Part shown: positions 63,149-64,000 of the stretch, piece after piece
Layout of the letters: every line of letters begins with the position of its first letter
Position numbering within the stretch: position 1 is the stretch's first letter
From: Carpediemonas membranifera BICM
Taxonomy: Eukaryota; Protista; Fornicata
Direction of reading: 5' to 3'
Length of the DNA stretch: 64,000 nucleotides
NCBI GenBank assembly: GCA_019828565.1
Contig: JAHDYR010000016.1
Coordinates: 1 to 64,000, forward strand
The notes under the pieces: generated by a model
Seen by the model: only the letters and a program-made list of their open reading frames with translations
Told to the model about the DNA's origin: nothing
Databases searched by the model: none
Made by a program: the position numbers and the translations under genes

Positions 63149-64000
63149 ATGGCCAGCTCTTGCTTCGCCGGTGCGCTTGACTTGTTCACGAATGAGTATC
63201 CCCTCCGCCTTGAGGTCGAGGAGGGCGATAAGAAGCCCGTTGTGACTCTGAAGAGTTCCGACGTCTCTCGGCAGTTCGGCATGGTTCTCAAGGACAGTGG
63301 CCGCTTTGTCTTCCCCGGTTTCGAGATCTACGGCGGTTGCGCTGGTCTGTACGACCTTGGCTACGTCGGCACAATGCTGGAGACCAACATTCTTTCCCTC
63401 TGGCGCGACCACTTTGTGAAGCACGAGGGCATGTTCGAAATCAAGTCCACCAGCATCACCCCCCGCCCCGTATTTGTGGCGTCCGGCCACGCTACGAAGT
63501 TCCACGACGTCATGGCGCAGGACTCCAAGACGGAGACTTTCTATCGTATGGACCAGGAGATCGAGAAGTACTGCGATCGCGTCGTAGAGGAGTGCCAGGC
63601 CAAGCTCGATAACCCCAAGACCCCTCTTGAGGACGAGAAGCGCCAGGAGATTGAGGCCAAGGTCGCCCGGCTTGGCAAGATCCGCAACATGGTCGACGGC
63701 ATGACCTGCGCCGAGATCCAGAAGATCATGGACGAGCTCCAGCTGCTCTCCCCCGAGGGCAATGCTTTCCTCCCCGCCGAGGACCACAACCTGATGTTCG
63801 GCGTCCGTATCGGTCCCACTGCCAAGGACGTCAACGGCTACCTTAGACCCGAGCTCGCCCAGGGCATCTTCGTCAACTTCCTCAACATCAAGTCCGCTGC
63901 CAACGAGAAGCTCCCATTTGCCGGTGCGACGGTCGGTCTCGCATACCGTAACGAGATCGCCCCCCGCGGCGGCCTCCTTCGAGTCCGAGAGTTCACCCTC
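63149..64000 (+). CDS. GARS: Glycyl-tRNA synthetase (eukaryote/archaeal type), partial
   Basis: FEIYGG.AGLYD.G..G, WRDHFV, ASGH..KF.D, NLMF...IGP, GYLRPELAQGIFVNF, LPFA...G.AYRNEI.PR.GLLRVREF. Confidence 0.95.
   Translation, partial: MASSCFAGALDLFTNEYPLRLEVEEGDKKPVVTLKSSDVSRQFGMVLKDSGRFVFPGFEIYGGCAGLYDLGYVGTMLETNILSLWRDHFVKHEGMFEIKSTSITPRPVFVASGHATKFHDVMAQDSKTETFYRMDQEIEKYCDRVVEECQAKLDNPKTPLEDEKRQEIEAKVARLGKIRNMVDGMTCAEIQKIMDELQLLSPEGNAFLPAEDHNLMFGVRIGPTAKDVNGYLRPELAQGIFVNFLNIKSAANEKLPFAGATVGLAYRNEIAPRGGLLRVREFTL

Overview
Gene-dense, GC-rich eukaryotic nuclear DNA with very short GT-AG introns (28-115 nt). The gene set includes an [FeFe]-hydrogenase, an organelle-targeted ferredoxin, CatSper-like channels, TOR, ESCRT-III and a SNARE. 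This points to an anaerobic flagellated protist; a Carpediemonas-like metamonad is my inference. About 30 housekeeping or hypothetical genes can be called. The notable non-housekeeping content is: (1) a family of Fanzor (eukaryotic TnpB/OMEGA-type RNA-guided RuvC nuclease) elements. There are two near-full but frameshifted copies (~12980-15081 +, 26312-28102 -), an orphan left end (2972-3271) and a further N-terminal relic (25938-26107). The two main copies carry structurally conserved, covarying 3' hairpins (candidate omegaRNA), and copy 2 has nested direct terminal repeats. (2) A 330-aa VMA-type intein with a degenerate LAGLIDADG domain inserted in the Walker A motif of a nuclear SNF2 remodeller. 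(3) An [FeFe]-hydrogenase fused to a diflavin (CysJ/P450-reductase-like) module, plus a recent 741-bp inverted duplicate of its 3' end. (4) Two CatSper-like channel subunits and a TOR with an atypical CaaX-like C-terminus. All calls come from reading motifs by eye; no database searches were run.
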